A stretch of DNA of 64,000 bases from an uncultured Fibrobacteria bacterium. GTDB lineage: Bacteria; Fibrobacterota; Fibrobacteria; UBA11236. Each line of letters opens with the position of its first letter. Position 1 is the first letter of the stretch. Shown here in pieces: positions 36,048 to 46,461 of the stretch. A program made the translations under genes and the position numbers. Location: the NCBI GenBank assembly GCA_963716395.1, contig OY970309.1, forward strand, positions 1,664,001-1,728,000, in the 5' to 3' direction. The notes beneath the pieces are model-generated. The model made no database searches, was not told the DNA's origin, and saw only the letters and a list, made by a program, of their open reading frames with translations.

Positions 36048-37781
36048 TCAGGACAATTCGGACTTTTCCGCCGCGGCCAGCGATGCGGCCCTTTGCAAGG
36101 CCGCATCGAAATGCGGCAACAGGTTGTCCTGCCCCATCATCTCGGCCAGCCCGCTTTGATGCAAGGTCAAAAAAGGCTGCGTGTGCAGGCCGGAAAGCAC
36201 CAGGGCGATGCCCTGGCGCCGGCAATCGGCGTGCACGCGTTCCAGGGCATGCAGGCCCGTGGCATCCAAGGCCATGAGGTTCCGCAGCCGCAAGACCAAC
36301 ACCCGCGGGCGACGCGTGATCGCGGTCAAGGTTTCTTCGAACTTTTGCGCGGCCCCGAAAAAGAGCGGACCGTTGATTTCGTAAACTTCGACACCCTCGG
36401 GGATGCGGTGAAAATCGAGCGGAATGTCCTCGCCCGAATCGGCCTCTTCGCGCAGGTCTTGCGTCAGGGCGTTGACATTCACGGCTTCGGACATTTGCCG
36501 GATGAAAAGCAGCATGGAAACGATGAGGCCGACCTCGATGGCCACGGTGAGGTCCACGGCCACGGTCAGCCCGAAGGTCAGCAGCAGCACCAGCGCGTCG
36601 GCGCGCGGGCCGCGCAGCAGCGACCGGAACACCCGCCATTCGCTCATGTTGTACGCCACCACCAACAGAATGGCGGCCAGGACGCACAAGGGAATGAAGG
36701 CGGCGTAACGCCCCAGCACGAGCATGATGACGAGCAAGGTCAGGGCATGCACGATACCAGCTACGGGCGTGCGTCCGCCGTTTTTGATGTTGGTCGCGGT
36801 GCGCGCGATGGCGCCGGTGGCGGGAATGCCTCCGAACAGGGGACACACCACATTGGCCACGCCCTGGGCCACCAATTCCATGTTGGAGCGGTGGTGCGTG
36901 CCGATCATGCCGTCGGCCACGGTGGCCGAGAGCAGCGATTCGATACCCGCCAGCAGGGCGATGGTGATGGCCGGCTGCACCAGGCCGCGCAGCATGTCGA
37001 CATGCCAGGCGGGAAAGCCGGGCCGCGGCAGACCGTGGGGAATGCCGCCGAAGTGGCTGCCGATGGTTTCGATGTGCAGGTGGAGCAGGCGGGCCGCCAC
37101 GGTACACAAGACGAGGGCCACGAGTGAGCCGGGAATGCGCCGCGATACCCGGGGCCAAAGCAGAATCACGACCATGCCGAAAACTCCCAGTTCCAAGGCC
37201 GCGACATTGACCGTGGCCCCCGCGTGCAAAAAGACCGCCCATTTGGCGAAGAAATCGGCCGGCACCGCAGCCGGGCGCAAGCCGAAGAAATCTTTGATCT
37301 CGGAGGTGGCGATGATGACGCCGATGCCGCTGGTGAAGCCCACGATGACCGGATAGGGAATGAATTTGATCAGCGAGCCGAAGCGCGCCAGGCCCATGGC
37401 GATGAGGAGCACGCCGGCCATCATGGTGGCTACGGTCAATCCTTCCAGGCCGTATTTTTGCACAATGCCGTAAACGATGATCACGAAGGCGCCCGTGGGA
37501 CCGCCGATTTGCACGCGGCTGCCGCCCAGAGCCGAGATGATAAAACCGGCCACCACCGCGGTGATTAAGCCTTTTTCCGGAGGGACTCCCGACGCGATGG
37601 CAAACGCAATGGCCAAAGGCAGCGCCACCACGCCCACCACCAGGCCCGCGATGACGTCTTCAAAAAAAGCGGCGCGCGTATACCCGCGCAAGGTTGTCAG
37701 CAGTTTGGGGCGTAGCGCGTCGCGACTTGAGATCGGCCGCTGTGGGTGTAAATCGGTGGGGGGTAAGGCCGGGTGAACCAT
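36048..37781 (-). CDS. SulP family anion permease with STAS domain
   Basis: VALPLAIAFAIASGV, GGPTGAF, ELVAQGVAN, GAIARTATN and GPLFFGAA. Confidence 0.95.
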   Translation of the reverse strand: MVHPALPPTDLHPQRPISSRDALRPKLLTTLRGYTRAAFFEDVIAGLVVGVVALPLAIAFAIASGVPPEKGLITAVVAGFIISALGGSRVQIGGPTGAFVIIVYGIVQKYGLEGLTVATMMAGVLLIAMGLARFGSLIKFIPYPVIVGFTSGIGVIIATSEIKDFFGLRPAAVPADFFAKWAVFLHAGATVNVAALELGVFGMVVILLWPRVSRRIPGSLVALVLCTVAARLLHLHIETIGSHFGGIPHGLPRPGFPAWHVDMLRGLVQPAITIALLAGIESLLSATVADGMIGTHHRSNMELVAQGVANVVCPLFGGIPATGAIARTATNIKNGGRTPVAGIVHALTLLVIMLVLGRYAAFIPLCVLAAILLVVAYNMSEWRVFRSLLRGPRADALVLLLTFGLTVAVDLTVAIEVGLIVSMLLFIRQMSEAVNVNALTQDLREEADSGEDIPLDFHRIPEGVEVYEINGPLFFGAAQKFEETLTAITRRPRVLVLRLRNLMALDATGLHALERVHADCRRQGIALVLSGLHTQPFLTLHQSGLAEMMGQDNLLPHFDAALQRAASLAAAEKSELS

Positions 37782-37881
37782 GGTGGCCCCTATTGTACCT
37801 ATTTGATGCCTGTTTGATACCCGTTTGCGTCTCTTTCGGGACGCGAGATTTTGGGAACCGCGATCAAGATCGGGCGGAGGG

Positions 37882-38916
37882 TCAGGGAGACTGCGTCAGG
37901 TGAAACAAGGTGTCGGGGTCGACCGCGGTTTTGCACAGGGCTTGGGGATCTTCTTGTCGGAACAAGGTCCAGAAACCCGCGGCCGTGTCGTTGCCGTTCC
38001 ACCACACAAAAAAACCATTCTGGCCGGGGTCTCGGGTGATGCGTAGCAGGTAATCGCCCGTCGAGGTCTGCCACGGGCCCGATCCGTATTGGCCGATCGT
38101 GCGCTCTTGGAATTGTTTGGCAACCAGAAAAGAACCCAGGGTGAACCATTGCGCGGCTTGGGTTTCATAACCCCACCATCCGGCCGGATCGTCCGGCGAC
38201 ACGGCTCCGAAAACTTCGCCGCCGAGAAAGTAGATGCGCGAAGAAAACCTCCCCGAATCGCAGCGGCTCAAATCGAAATCGCGGTACACGGAAAAGGGTT
38301 GGGTGGGATTTTGCGAATCGAATTCCTGGTAGGTGTAATGGGCCGGAACCAGGGCGCCTTGCGACATGGGCCGGTACCATACCCAAATCGCGGGCGTGTC
38401 CGCCACGATCGTTGGGATGCCGCCGCTTCCGACCGCGAAAAAAACGAGCACGGATTCTTTACGGAGAAACTCGCCGCCGGTGAGACCGATGATACTGTCG
38501 GTGGTGTCGGGCAGAGCATTCCATCCATCGAACACCCCGGCCGACCAGGGGTCGAGCGCCGCGTTGGTGTCGACGCCGCTTTGCACCCGCTGCGTCAGTT
38601 TCAGGCCGGAGGCCGAGATTTGGCAGCGGGCCTTCATGCGCACGACCGCGTCGTTGTTGCGAATGCCGATGAATTGCAGGCTGTCTTGGGTCAGAATGAG
38701 ATCCGATTCCAAACCATATTCCGCCAGGCTGCCGTAATCTCCGCGATACCATCCGCTTCCGGGCGCCTGGCCCGAGGCGTAGAGCGCCGCCGGTGCAGCC
38801 GGATGATCGGCGTCGCCTCCGAACAGGCAGGCGTTGATGAACAGAGCGGCGGTCAGGCCGCACGCACCCAAAGGCCCGGGTCGAAGGCGGGGCGGGCGAA
38901 GGGCGCGTCCGGACAT
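37882..38916 (-). CDS. Hypothetical lipoprotein
   Basis: Lipobox-like FINAC; beta-rich sequence. Confidence 0.55.
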   Translation of the reverse strand: MSGRALRPPRLRPGPLGACGLTAALFINACLFGGDADHPAAPAALYASGQAPGSGWYRGDYGSLAEYGLESDLILTQDSLQFIGIRNNDAVVRMKARCQISASGLKLTQRVQSGVDTNAALDPWSAGVFDGWNALPDTTDSIIGLTGGEFLRKESVLVFFAVGSGGIPTIVADTPAIWVWYRPMSQGALVPAHYTYQEFDSQNPTQPFSVYRDFDLSRCDSGRFSSRIYFLGGEVFGAVSPDDPAGWWGYETQAAQWFTLGSFLVAKQFQERTIGQYGSGPWQTSTGDYLLRITRDPGQNGFFVWWNGNDTAAGFWTLFRQEDPQALCKTAVDPDTLFHLTQSP

Positions 38917-38935
38917 GTCCGATTAAATCAGCGGT

Positions 38936-40309
38936 TCAGCGCGCGAGTTTGCAGTGAAAGAAAACCCCCGGACCTTGACCCACGGCCAGCGCCGGGCCCG
39001 TTTGCGCCGGTCGCCACGCGGCGACTCCGTTGCGCACGGACAGCCTCGCGATTTGCCGGCCCAGGAAATCGCGGATTTGCACCTGGTCGATTCCCTCCAG
39101 GCCGCTCAGAACAAAAGCGCCGCCGATCCATTGCACGGTCGGTGTCCGCAAGCGGGCGGGGGCGGAAGGAAGCACGGCGACATTAAATTGGGCGTAAACC
39201 CAGCGACCGCGTTGTGAATTATCCCAACTGCCGTTGCCGCTATTCCAAACGAGGCGAAGGGATTGCAGGATGTTGCCGCTGCTGTCATAGGTGGACGCGG
39301 TCTTATTCATGTTTTGCCAGGCCGCGCCCCCCCATCGGGAATACACATAGGCGGTATCGTTGCCCAGTGAATCATAAGCGTAATCCTCTTTATAACTGTT
39401 CTGCCATTGCGAACCATTCCAGCTTTGGGTGATCACTTCGCTGGGATGCCCTACGCCCGCCCAGGTAAACACGCGGTTAATCCTATTGACATATTCGCCC
39501 AGGCTGTCGCGCGCCACCTCGGTTTGATTGGAGAGCAAGCCGGAGTCGTTGTAAACCAAGGTATCGCGGGTATCCAGCACCCATTGTTGCTGCGGCGCAT
39601 TCCAAGATTCATGCGTATATCGCAACGGCAACTCTTGGGCATTGAAAAGGTTAGCATACCGGTCTGAATTGAGCCAAGCGCTGTCGGTCCAGTACTGCAC
39701 CACGGTCAACAGCGGGTTCTGTTGGGCGTCGGCCACACTGGAGTCGTGTTCGTCGTTGACCCATTTGCTCGCGGAGTCGTCCCAATTTTCGTGGAGAAAA
39801 AGCTGCACCGAGTCGTTCGGATAAGCATAAGACAGGCGCACATAAGGCGCCCATTGCCCCAGCGAATCCCAAAACACCTGGTTGAGGGTCGACGATCTCC
39901 CCAGGGAATCGTAGGTCAACGATCCCGAATCGATATTTTGCCACGCGGAGTTGTAAAAGTGTTGATCCTTGAAACCGATCACTTGAGCGTTGCTGTTCAC
40001 GGTGTATTCGGACTGGGTGTCGTTGGCCCATCCATTGCCCGTCCATGCGTCGATATTGAGTTGGGTGGCCACCTCGGTGTCTTTGGCGACGCCGGCCGCC
40101 TTGGCCAAGGCTTTGGGTGGCGTCTGGGGATTCGTCGTGATCAGGCGTTGCCAACCCGGAAACAACCCGAGGGAATTTCTGTCGCGCGCATGCGTGGTTA
40201 AGGGGCGCAAGCCGCGCCAGATCTTTATTCCGGTGGCCGTAGACCCGACGTTGCCGCCCAGGGTCAAGGCCGCCCACGCAAACAGAATCGAAAAAGGCCG
40301 AGGTTTCAC
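38936..40309 (-). CDS. Secreted WxN..YD beta-repeat protein (DUF3836-like) with C-terminal sorting-like tail
   Basis: About ten ~28-aa repeats (WNGSQWQNSYKEDYAYDSLG); tail IRDFLGRQIA. Confidence 0.65.
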   Translation of the reverse strand: MKPRPFSILFAWAALTLGGNVGSTATGIKIWRGLRPLTTHARDRNSLGLFPGWQRLITTNPQTPPKALAKAAGVAKDTEVATQLNIDAWTGNGWANDTQSEYTVNSNAQVIGFKDQHFYNSAWQNIDSGSLTYDSLGRSSTLNQVFWDSLGQWAPYVRLSYAYPNDSVQLFLHENWDDSASKWVNDEHDSSVADAQQNPLLTVVQYWTDSAWLNSDRYANLFNAQELPLRYTHESWNAPQQQWVLDTRDTLVYNDSGLLSNQTEVARDSLGEYVNRINRVFTWAGVGHPSEVITQSWNGSQWQNSYKEDYAYDSLGNDTAYVYSRWGGAAWQNMNKTASTYDSSGNILQSLRLVWNSGNGSWDNSQRGRWVYAQFNVAVLPSAPARLRTPTVQWIGGAFVLSGLEGIDQVQIRDFLGRQIARLSVRNGVAAWRPAQTGPALAVGQGPGVFFHCKLAR

Positions 40310-40437
40310 AGCACCTCCTCTGCCGTCACTGGCTTCAAAGTAATTCCGCGCGGCCGGCTGCGACGCGGGTTTTGAGTATACGGCTTTTTGCCTGCCTCAG
40401 GGTTTTCAAAATCGCAGCGGGAAAGCAACTTTTCAGC

Positions 40438-41412
40438 ATGGCTCGTCTGCGTTGGGGAATTTTGGCCGCCAGCAACATCGCGCGCAAATTCGTGCGTGAT
40501 GTGCAGTTGCGCCAGATGACCGTTCAAGCCGTGGCCAGCCGCGACCCGGAGAAAGCCGCGCGCTTCGCGGCCGAGTTCGGGCTGCCCGGTGCGCATGGAA
40601 GTTACCAGGCTTTGCTGGACGACCCCGCCGTCGACGTGGTCTACATCTCGTTGCCCAACCACCTGCACGTTTCCTGGTGCCTGGCGGCGGCCCAGGCCGG
40701 CAAGCACATTCTGTGCGAAAAGCCGTTATGCGCCACCGAGGCGGAATGCGAGCGCGTGCTGCAGGCCGTGGAGCGGGCCGGGGTTTTTTTCATGGAAGCG
40801 TTCATGTATCGCTGCCATCCCCTGTGGACCGCGGTGCGCGAGCGCCTGGGCCGCGGCGACTTGGGAGAAATCCGTCTCATCCACTCCTACCATTCCTATG
40901 ACATGGGGCTGAACCTGGCCAATGTCCGCCATCAGCCGGGGACCGAAGGCGGCGCCTTGATGGATGTCGGTTGTTATTGCGTGTCGCTCAGCCGCTATTT
41001 GCTGGGCGAAGAACCCGAGGCGACGCAGGCCTTGTCGCATGTGGGAGAGCAAACCCGCGTCGACGAATGGACGGCGGGCCAGATGCGCTTTCCGTCGGGC
41101 GCCGTGGCTTCCTTTCAATGCGCCACGCGCGTGCCGCAGCCCACCTTGGCCGTGGTGTTCGGATCGCGGGGGCGCGTGGAGGTTCCTTCGCCCTGGCATC
41201 TCGATAAAGACGCGGCCGAAGCGCGCTGGTTTCACGGCGGTGAACCTGAGGTGACGCGGCACGGGGACGGGCTGCCTTTATATGCCCGCGAAGCCCTGGC
41301 CGTTGAAGCCCATCTCGGCGCCCGGCAATGCCCGGCCATGCCTTGGGCCGACAGTTTGGGGCAGGCGCGCGCCCTGGAAATGTTGCGCAGCAGCGCGGGC
41401 TTGGTGGGGTAA
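40438..41412 (+). CDS. Gfo/Idh/MocA oxidoreductase
   Basis: LRWGIL, PNHLH, HILCEKP, EAFMYRCHP and GGALMDVGCY. Confidence 0.92.
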   Translation: MARLRWGILAASNIARKFVRDVQLRQMTVQAVASRDPEKAARFAAEFGLPGAHGSYQALLDDPAVDVVYISLPNHLHVSWCLAAAQAGKHILCEKPLCATEAECERVLQAVERAGVFFMEAFMYRCHPLWTAVRERLGRGDLGEIRLIHSYHSYDMGLNLANVRHQPGTEGGALMDVGCYCVSLSRYLLGEEPEATQALSHVGEQTRVDEWTAGQMRFPSGAVASFQCATRVPQPTLAVVFGSRGRVEVPSPWHLDKDAAEARWFHGGEPEVTRHGDGLPLYAREALAVEAHLGARQCPAMPWADSLGQARALEMLRSSAGLVG

Positions 41413-41420
41413 CTTAAGCG

Positions 41421-42713
41421 TTAAGCCTGCGCGAGTAGTTTGGGCAGTTCGGGGGAAACGCCTTTGGGAACCACCGCCGCCGAAGCCCAGGCCTCGGGCC
41501 GCAGAATCTCGCGGGCACAGTGCAGTACGTCGTCGCGCGTCACCGCCGCCAGCCGCGCCAGCACGCGATCGATGGTTTCGCCGGGGGCGCGCCCCAGCAG
41601 ACGGCGGGCCAAAGTCGCCATGCGCGTATGCGTCGATTCGAGTCCGAGCAAAACGCCGCCGGCCACGCTTTTCTGGGCGAAGGCCAGTTCCGAAGCCGAA
41701 AGCCCCTTGCGCCGCAAGACGGCCAACTCGCGGCCGATTTCCTTCACGGCCTTGACCAGGTTTTTTGGTTCGGTGGCGAAGCCGATGGAGAACAAACCCT
41801 CCCGCGCCAAAAATTCGGGATTGGAAAAAATGCTGTACACCAGCCCGTATTTCTCGCGCAGGTTTTGAAACAATTTCGATCCCATACCGTCGCCCAGCAT
41901 GGAGTGGAGCAGCAGCAGGGCATAGCGGCGCGGTGAACTCCAGGCATAACCGGGGCCGCCCAGGAGCACGGTGGCCTGCTGCACGTCTTTGTGCTGCACC
42001 CGATGCCCGGGGTGAAACCGGCCGGCACGGCGGGCCAACGCGGAGCGTACCGGCGACACCGCCGCTCCACGTTTCTGCAGTCGAAAGCGGGCGCGCACCT
42101 GGTCGGCCACGGCGGCGTGGTTCACATTGCCCACGGCCGCCACCACCACCGGAATGCGCTGATGCGCGGATTCGCGGTGGTGAAGCAACTGCGCCCGGCT
42201 CAGGCCGCGTACGGTTTTTTCCGTGCCGGCGATGGGACGGCCCAGGGCCTGGGAACCGAAGGCGGCGTGCGAAAAAAGGTCGTAGATGAGATCGTCGGGA
42301 TTGTCTTCGGTGCTGCGGATTTCTTCGAGCACCACTTCTTTTTCTTTGCGGATGTCGTCGGGATCAAATTTGGCGCCGAACACCATGTCGAGCAGAGCGT
42401 CGAGCGCGCCTTCGACTTCGGTGTCGACCACCTTGCCGTAAAAGCAGGTTTGTTCTTTGGAGGTGTAGGCGTTGACGTGGCCGCCGGTGGCTTCGAAACG
42501 CTGCACGATGTCGAGCGGGCCGAGGCGGCCCGTGCCTTTGAACACCATGTGTTCGAAGAAATGCGACAGTCCGTTGCAGGCGGGCGCCTCGTCGCGCGAA
42601 CCCGTGTCGAGGTAAATTCCCAGACTGACCGAGCGCACATGCGGCAAGGCTTCGGTGGCGACCCAGACGCCGTTCGACAGGCGGTCGCAATGCGACGGGA
42701 TTTCGTTCACCAC
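41421..42713 (-). CDS. M16 family zinc peptidase
   Basis: HFFEHMVFKGT and NAYTSKEQT; conserved position downstream of pnp. Confidence 0.92.
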   Translation of the reverse strand: MVNEIPSHCDRLSNGVWVATEALPHVRSVSLGIYLDTGSRDEAPACNGLSHFFEHMVFKGTGRLGPLDIVQRFEATGGHVNAYTSKEQTCFYGKVVDTEVEGALDALLDMVFGAKFDPDDIRKEKEVVLEEIRSTEDNPDDLIYDLFSHAAFGSQALGRPIAGTEKTVRGLSRAQLLHHRESAHQRIPVVVAAVGNVNHAAVADQVRARFRLQKRGAAVSPVRSALARRAGRFHPGHRVQHKDVQQATVLLGGPGYAWSSPRRYALLLLHSMLGDGMGSKLFQNLREKYGLVYSIFSNPEFLAREGLFSIGFATEPKNLVKAVKEIGRELAVLRRKGLSASELAFAQKSVAGGVLLGLESTHTRMATLARRLLGRAPGETIDRVLARLAAVTRDDVLHCAREILRPEAWASAAVVPKGVSPELPKLLAQA

Positions 42714-42738
42714 GGGGCTCCCATCCCGTCGCCGTCGT

Positions 42739-44823
42739 TCAGGCGGTTTGCAGCAAAGCCTTGCGGCTCAACTTGATTTTGCCCTGCGGATCGACGCCGA
42801 TGCATTTGACCTCCAACTCGTCGCCCATGGCCAACACGTCTTCGACTTTTTCCACGCGTTGCGGCGCGAGTTCGGAGATGTGCACCAGACCTTCTTTGCC
42901 CGGCAGAATCTCGACGAAGGCCCCGAAGGAGGCGATGCCCTTGACCTTGCCCTTGTACACCTTGCCGACCTCGGCTTCGGCGAACAGTTCATTCACCATT
43001 TTGAAGGCCACCATGGCGTTGCCGCGATGGGGGGCGGAAATGGTCACTAAGCCCGTGTCGTCGACGTCGATGTTGGCGCCAGCGTTTTCCTGGATGCCGC
43101 GAATGATCTTGCCGCCCGGGCCGATGAGGTCTTTGATCTTGTCGGGCGGAATGCGTTTTTGCACGATGGCCGGCGCCAGCTTGGAAAGGTCGCGCGGAGC
43201 GGGCAGGGCTTCCTGCATTTTGTCCAGGATGAACAGGCGGCCGGTGCGCGCCTGGTGCAACGCCTGGTGCATGATTTCCTTGGTGATGCCGCGCAGTTTG
43301 ATATCCATCTGAAACGAGGTGATGCCTTCGGCCGTGCCGCAGACTTTGAAATCCATGTCGCCCAAATGGTCTTCGGTGCCGTTGATGTCGGAGAGGGTTT
43401 CGAAGCGGCTGCCGTCGGAAACCAAGCCCATGGCGATGCCGGCCACGGGCGCCTTGATCTTCACGCCCGCATCCATGAGCGACAGGGTGCCGCCGCATAC
43501 CGAGGCCATCGAAGAAGAGCCGTGTGATTCGAGAATGTCGGAAACCACGCGGATGGTGTAGGGAAAGCTTTCCGAGGTGGGCAAAACCGGCGCCAAAGCG
43601 CGTTCCGCCAGAAAACCATGGCCCACTTCGCGTCGGCCCGTGGCGCCCATACGTTTGGCCTCGCCCACGGAGAAACCGGGAAAGTTGTAGTGGAGCATGT
43701 AATTCTTGAAGGTTTCGCCCTGCAGCGATTCGACCCGCTGTTCGTCCTGCTTGGTTCCCAAGGTGACCACGACCAACGCCTGGGTTTCCCCACGCTGGAA
43801 AAGGGCCGAACCGTGGGCGCGGGGTAACACCTGGGTTTCGATGACGATGGGACGGATGTCGTTGGGGCCGCGGCCGTCGATGCGGCGCTTTTCCGACAGC
43901 ACCATTTCGCGCATGTCGCGCCATTGGATGTCTTCGAGGTACCGGGCGATTTCTTTTTCGCGCTCGGGATAGTGCGGCGCCAGCCCGGCCACTACGTCTT
44001 TTTTGATTTGGCCCATCACCGCGTAATGGGCTTTTTTCAGCATGTCGGTGTGAAAGGCCTGGTGCAGCAGGGGTTTGGCCGCGGCCTCCACGGTTTTGAA
44101 CAGGGCCTCGTCGACTGGCGCGGGCGTGAACGACGTCTTTTCGGCCTTGAACTTCGCCAGCAACTCGTTTTGCCCCTGTACCAAGGTCCGGATGGCGGCA
44201 TGCCCCGCCATGATGGCGTCGACCATGACGTCTTCGGACACTTCGAAGGCCGAGCCTTCGACCATGAGAATCGAGGTTTCCGATCCGGCCACCACCAATT
44301 CGATGTCGGCGGTTTCCAATTCTTCATAGGTGGGGTTGATGATGAACCGGCCGTCGCGCGAGCCCGCCACCTTCACCGCCGCCACCATTTCTTCGAAAGG
44401 GATCGGCGAAAGGCCCAGGGCCGCCGAGGCACCTACCACCGCAATGGTGTCGGCGTCGAATTTTTCATCGGCCGAAAGCACGGTGCATACGATTTGCACC
44501 TCGCGTTTGTAGCCCTCGGGAAACATGGGCCGCAACGGGCGGTCGATGATGCGCGAGGTCAACACCTCTTTGTCGTTGGGACGGGTTTCGCGTTTGAAAT
44601 AACCGCCGGGAATTTTGCCGGCCGCGTAGAATTTCTCGCGGTATTCCACCGTCAGGGGGAAGAAGTCGCCGTCTTTGTCTTCGCCGGTGCAGACGGTGCA
44701 CAGCACCATGGTGTCGCCCATGCGGGCCAGCACCGCGCCACCCGCCTGTTTGGCCAAACGGCCGGTTTCGAGGATGACGGTTTTTCCGTCCGGAAGGGAA
44801 ATGGAAACGGTTTCTTGCGGCAT
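42739..44823 (-). CDS. pnp: Polyribonucleotide nucleotidyltransferase
   Basis: FFPLTVEYRE, RREVGHG, GDMDFKV, and KH and S1 domains. Confidence 0.98.
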   Translation of the reverse strand: MPQETVSISLPDGKTVILETGRLAKQAGGAVLARMGDTMVLCTVCTGEDKDGDFFPLTVEYREKFYAAGKIPGGYFKRETRPNDKEVLTSRIIDRPLRPMFPEGYKREVQIVCTVLSADEKFDADTIAVVGASAALGLSPIPFEEMVAAVKVAGSRDGRFIINPTYEELETADIELVVAGSETSILMVEGSAFEVSEDVMVDAIMAGHAAIRTLVQGQNELLAKFKAEKTSFTPAPVDEALFKTVEAAAKPLLHQAFHTDMLKKAHYAVMGQIKKDVVAGLAPHYPEREKEIARYLEDIQWRDMREMVLSEKRRIDGRGPNDIRPIVIETQVLPRAHGSALFQRGETQALVVVTLGTKQDEQRVESLQGETFKNYMLHYNFPGFSVGEAKRMGATGRREVGHGFLAERALAPVLPTSESFPYTIRVVSDILESHGSSSMASVCGGTLSLMDAGVKIKAPVAGIAMGLVSDGSRFETLSDINGTEDHLGDMDFKVCGTAEGITSFQMDIKLRGITKEIMHQALHQARTGRLFILDKMQEALPAPRDLSKLAPAIVQKRIPPDKIKDLIGPGGKIIRGIQENAGANIDVDDTGLVTISAPHRGNAMVAFKMVNELFAEAEVGKVYKGKVKGIASFGAFVEILPGKEGLVHISELAPQRVEKVEDVLAMGDELEVKCIGVDPQGKIKLSRKALLQTA

Positions 44824-44889
44824 GCGCGATTCTCCCAGTGGTGTGGCCCGAACTATTTCGGGCTTATCGAGGTGCGGGCGAAAGGCCGA

Positions 44890-45162
44890 TTACCGCCGCA
44901 AATCCAATTGCTTGATGACGGCGCGGTATCCGGCGAGATCGGTTCGGGTCAGATAATTCAGCAACCGCCGGCGCTGCGCCACCAAGGTGGTCAGCCCGCG
45001 ACGGGAATGCTTGTCCATTTTGTGCACTTTCAAATGCTCGGTGATTTGCGCGATGCGATGGGTCAGCAAGGCGATTTGCACGCGCGGATTGCCTGAATCT
45101 TTCTCGTTTTTGCCGAACTCTTTCACGAGTTTGGCGGCCGTATCTTGGGTCATGGTCGGCAT
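44890..45162 (-). CDS. rpsO: 30S ribosomal protein S15
   Basis: DSGNPRVQIALLT..HLKVHKMDKHSRRGL..RRRLLNYL. Confidence 0.98.
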   Translation of the reverse strand: MPTMTQDTAAKLVKEFGKNEKDSGNPRVQIALLTHRIAQITEHLKVHKMDKHSRRGLTTLVAQRRRLLNYLTRTDLAGYRAVIKQLDLRR

Positions 45163-45214
45163 AAATCAACTTTCCGTCTTGACTATTTCTTCTTTGATTC
45201 GTTGAAGGGGCTGA

Positions 45215-45243
45215 ATATTAACAACTACGCAGGGCCCAGGCAA
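45215..45243 (-). promoter_or_regulatory. Sigma70 promoter of rpsO-pnp
   Basis: Minus strand TTGCCT-17 nt-TAATAT. Confidence 0.7.
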
Positions 45244-45323
45244 CCGGATCATGGAAATAGAGCCTTAAAATTCCGGATTTCTCCGGAAAGAGGAGAACGG
45301 AATTAAGATGAGAGGCAAAAAGA

Positions 45324-45455
45324 CTAAAAGTTCCAGCTGACATTGGGCATGAAGACCCCGATCAGCAACAACGCGACGACCAAAATCGCCCCGATAATCA
45401 TCAATGGAACCACAATGCTCTTTTCTTCATCAGTCAGAGAATTGTTCGTAACCAT
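45324..45455 (-). CDS. 43-aa single-TM small protein (not in the ORF track)
   Basis: AAGGAG-N5-ATG; MVTNNSLTDEEKSIVVPLMIIGAILVVALLLIGVFMPNVSWNF*. Confidence 0.65.
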   Translation of the reverse strand: MVTNNSLTDEEKSIVVPLMIIGAILVVALLLIGVFMPNVSWNF

Positions 45456-45540
45456 GGCTGCTCCTTGAACCCGCTCTTCCAGCTTTCGGCACCGAATTGC
45501 AGGCTCAAGCAGAAGGTAGATTTTTCGGGTGTCGGGCGCA

Positions 45541-46461
45541 CTAGGCCGTCCATTGCTTGGCCCAGCCCGAGGTGTCTTCAGAGATTTGTCGCTGCAACTC
45601 TTCTTTGGAATCGAAGCGCTTTTCCGCGCGGATGCGTTGATTCAACTCAAATTCCAAGGTTTGCCCATATAAATCGGCGTTGATGCCCAAGAGATGAATT
45701 TCGACCAAGGGTTTGGGGTCGCCGCCGAAGGTGGGGCGAAGTCCGATATTGGCGATGGCCGGAATTCGTTGCCGGTCCAGTAATACCGTGCCGCCGTAGA
45801 CCCCGAACGACGGCAGGGTTTTGCGCACGTCTTCCAATGCGAGATTGGCCGTGGGAAAGCCCAAGCCTCTTCCGCGTTGTGCACCCGCTACCACCCGGCC
45901 GCGCAGGCTATAGGCGCGGCCCAACATGCGATTGGCGAAGTCGATGTTGCCCGCTTCCAAATGCCGGCGGATCAGGGAAGAGCTGACGGTTTCCCCGTTT
46001 TCATCCACCACCGGCGGAATTTCTTCCACCCGATCTTCGCCCACCAGGTTGCGCAGCAGAACCGCATCGCCGCGGGCGCCCTTTCCGAAGCGGTGGCCGG
46101 GTCCGAGGAAAAAAAGCGCGCCCCGCAGGCGTTTCTGCAACACATCGGTGATGAAGGTTTCTCCCTCCAGGGCCGCAACGGCGGCGTCGAAACGCAAGGT
46201 GACGGCCTCGACGCCTTGCGCGTGCAGCAGGGCCGCTTTTTCCCTCGGGGGCGTCAACCAGGAAATCGGTTTATCGGGCCACAGGATTTCACTCGGATGG
46301 GGATCGAAGGTGAGCACCACGGGTTCCAATCCGGACCGAACCGCTTTCTCGCGCAGCACCTCGAGGATGCGCCGATGGCCCAGGTGTACGCCGTCGAAAT
46401 TTCCCAGAGCCGCGGCCGTGGGGTGCGGGCGCACCAGCGCGGCCCAGGCCAGCGCCGTCAT
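45541..46461 (-). CDS. ribF: Riboflavin kinase / FAD synthetase
   Basis: GNFDGVHLGH, SSSLIR, GFPTAN and NIGLRPTF; ATGA overlap with truB. Confidence 0.95.
   Translation of the reverse strand: MTALAWAALVRPHPTAAALGNFDGVHLGHRRILEVLREKAVRSGLEPVVLTFDPHPSEILWPDKPISWLTPPREKAALLHAQGVEAVTLRFDAAVAALEGETFITDVLQKRLRGALFFLGPGHRFGKGARGDAVLLRNLVGEDRVEEIPPVVDENGETVSSSLIRRHLEAGNIDFANRMLGRAYSLRGRVVAGAQRGRGLGFPTANLALEDVRKTLPSFGVYGGTVLLDRQRIPAIANIGLRPTFGGDPKPLVEIHLLGINADLYGQTLEFELNQRIRAEKRFDSKEELQRQISEDTSGWAKQWTA

Noticed and set aside
35986-37242. N-terminal 419 aa of the 1064-aa OmpA ORF
   Set aside because: Alternate-frame overlap with sulP; the real start is 35985, with an RBS and signal peptide.
38936-40309. 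Rhs/YD-repeat toxin
   Set aside because: It has a signal peptide and sorting-like tail, no Rhs core/DPxG motif and no toxin tip; the repeats are of the WxN type.
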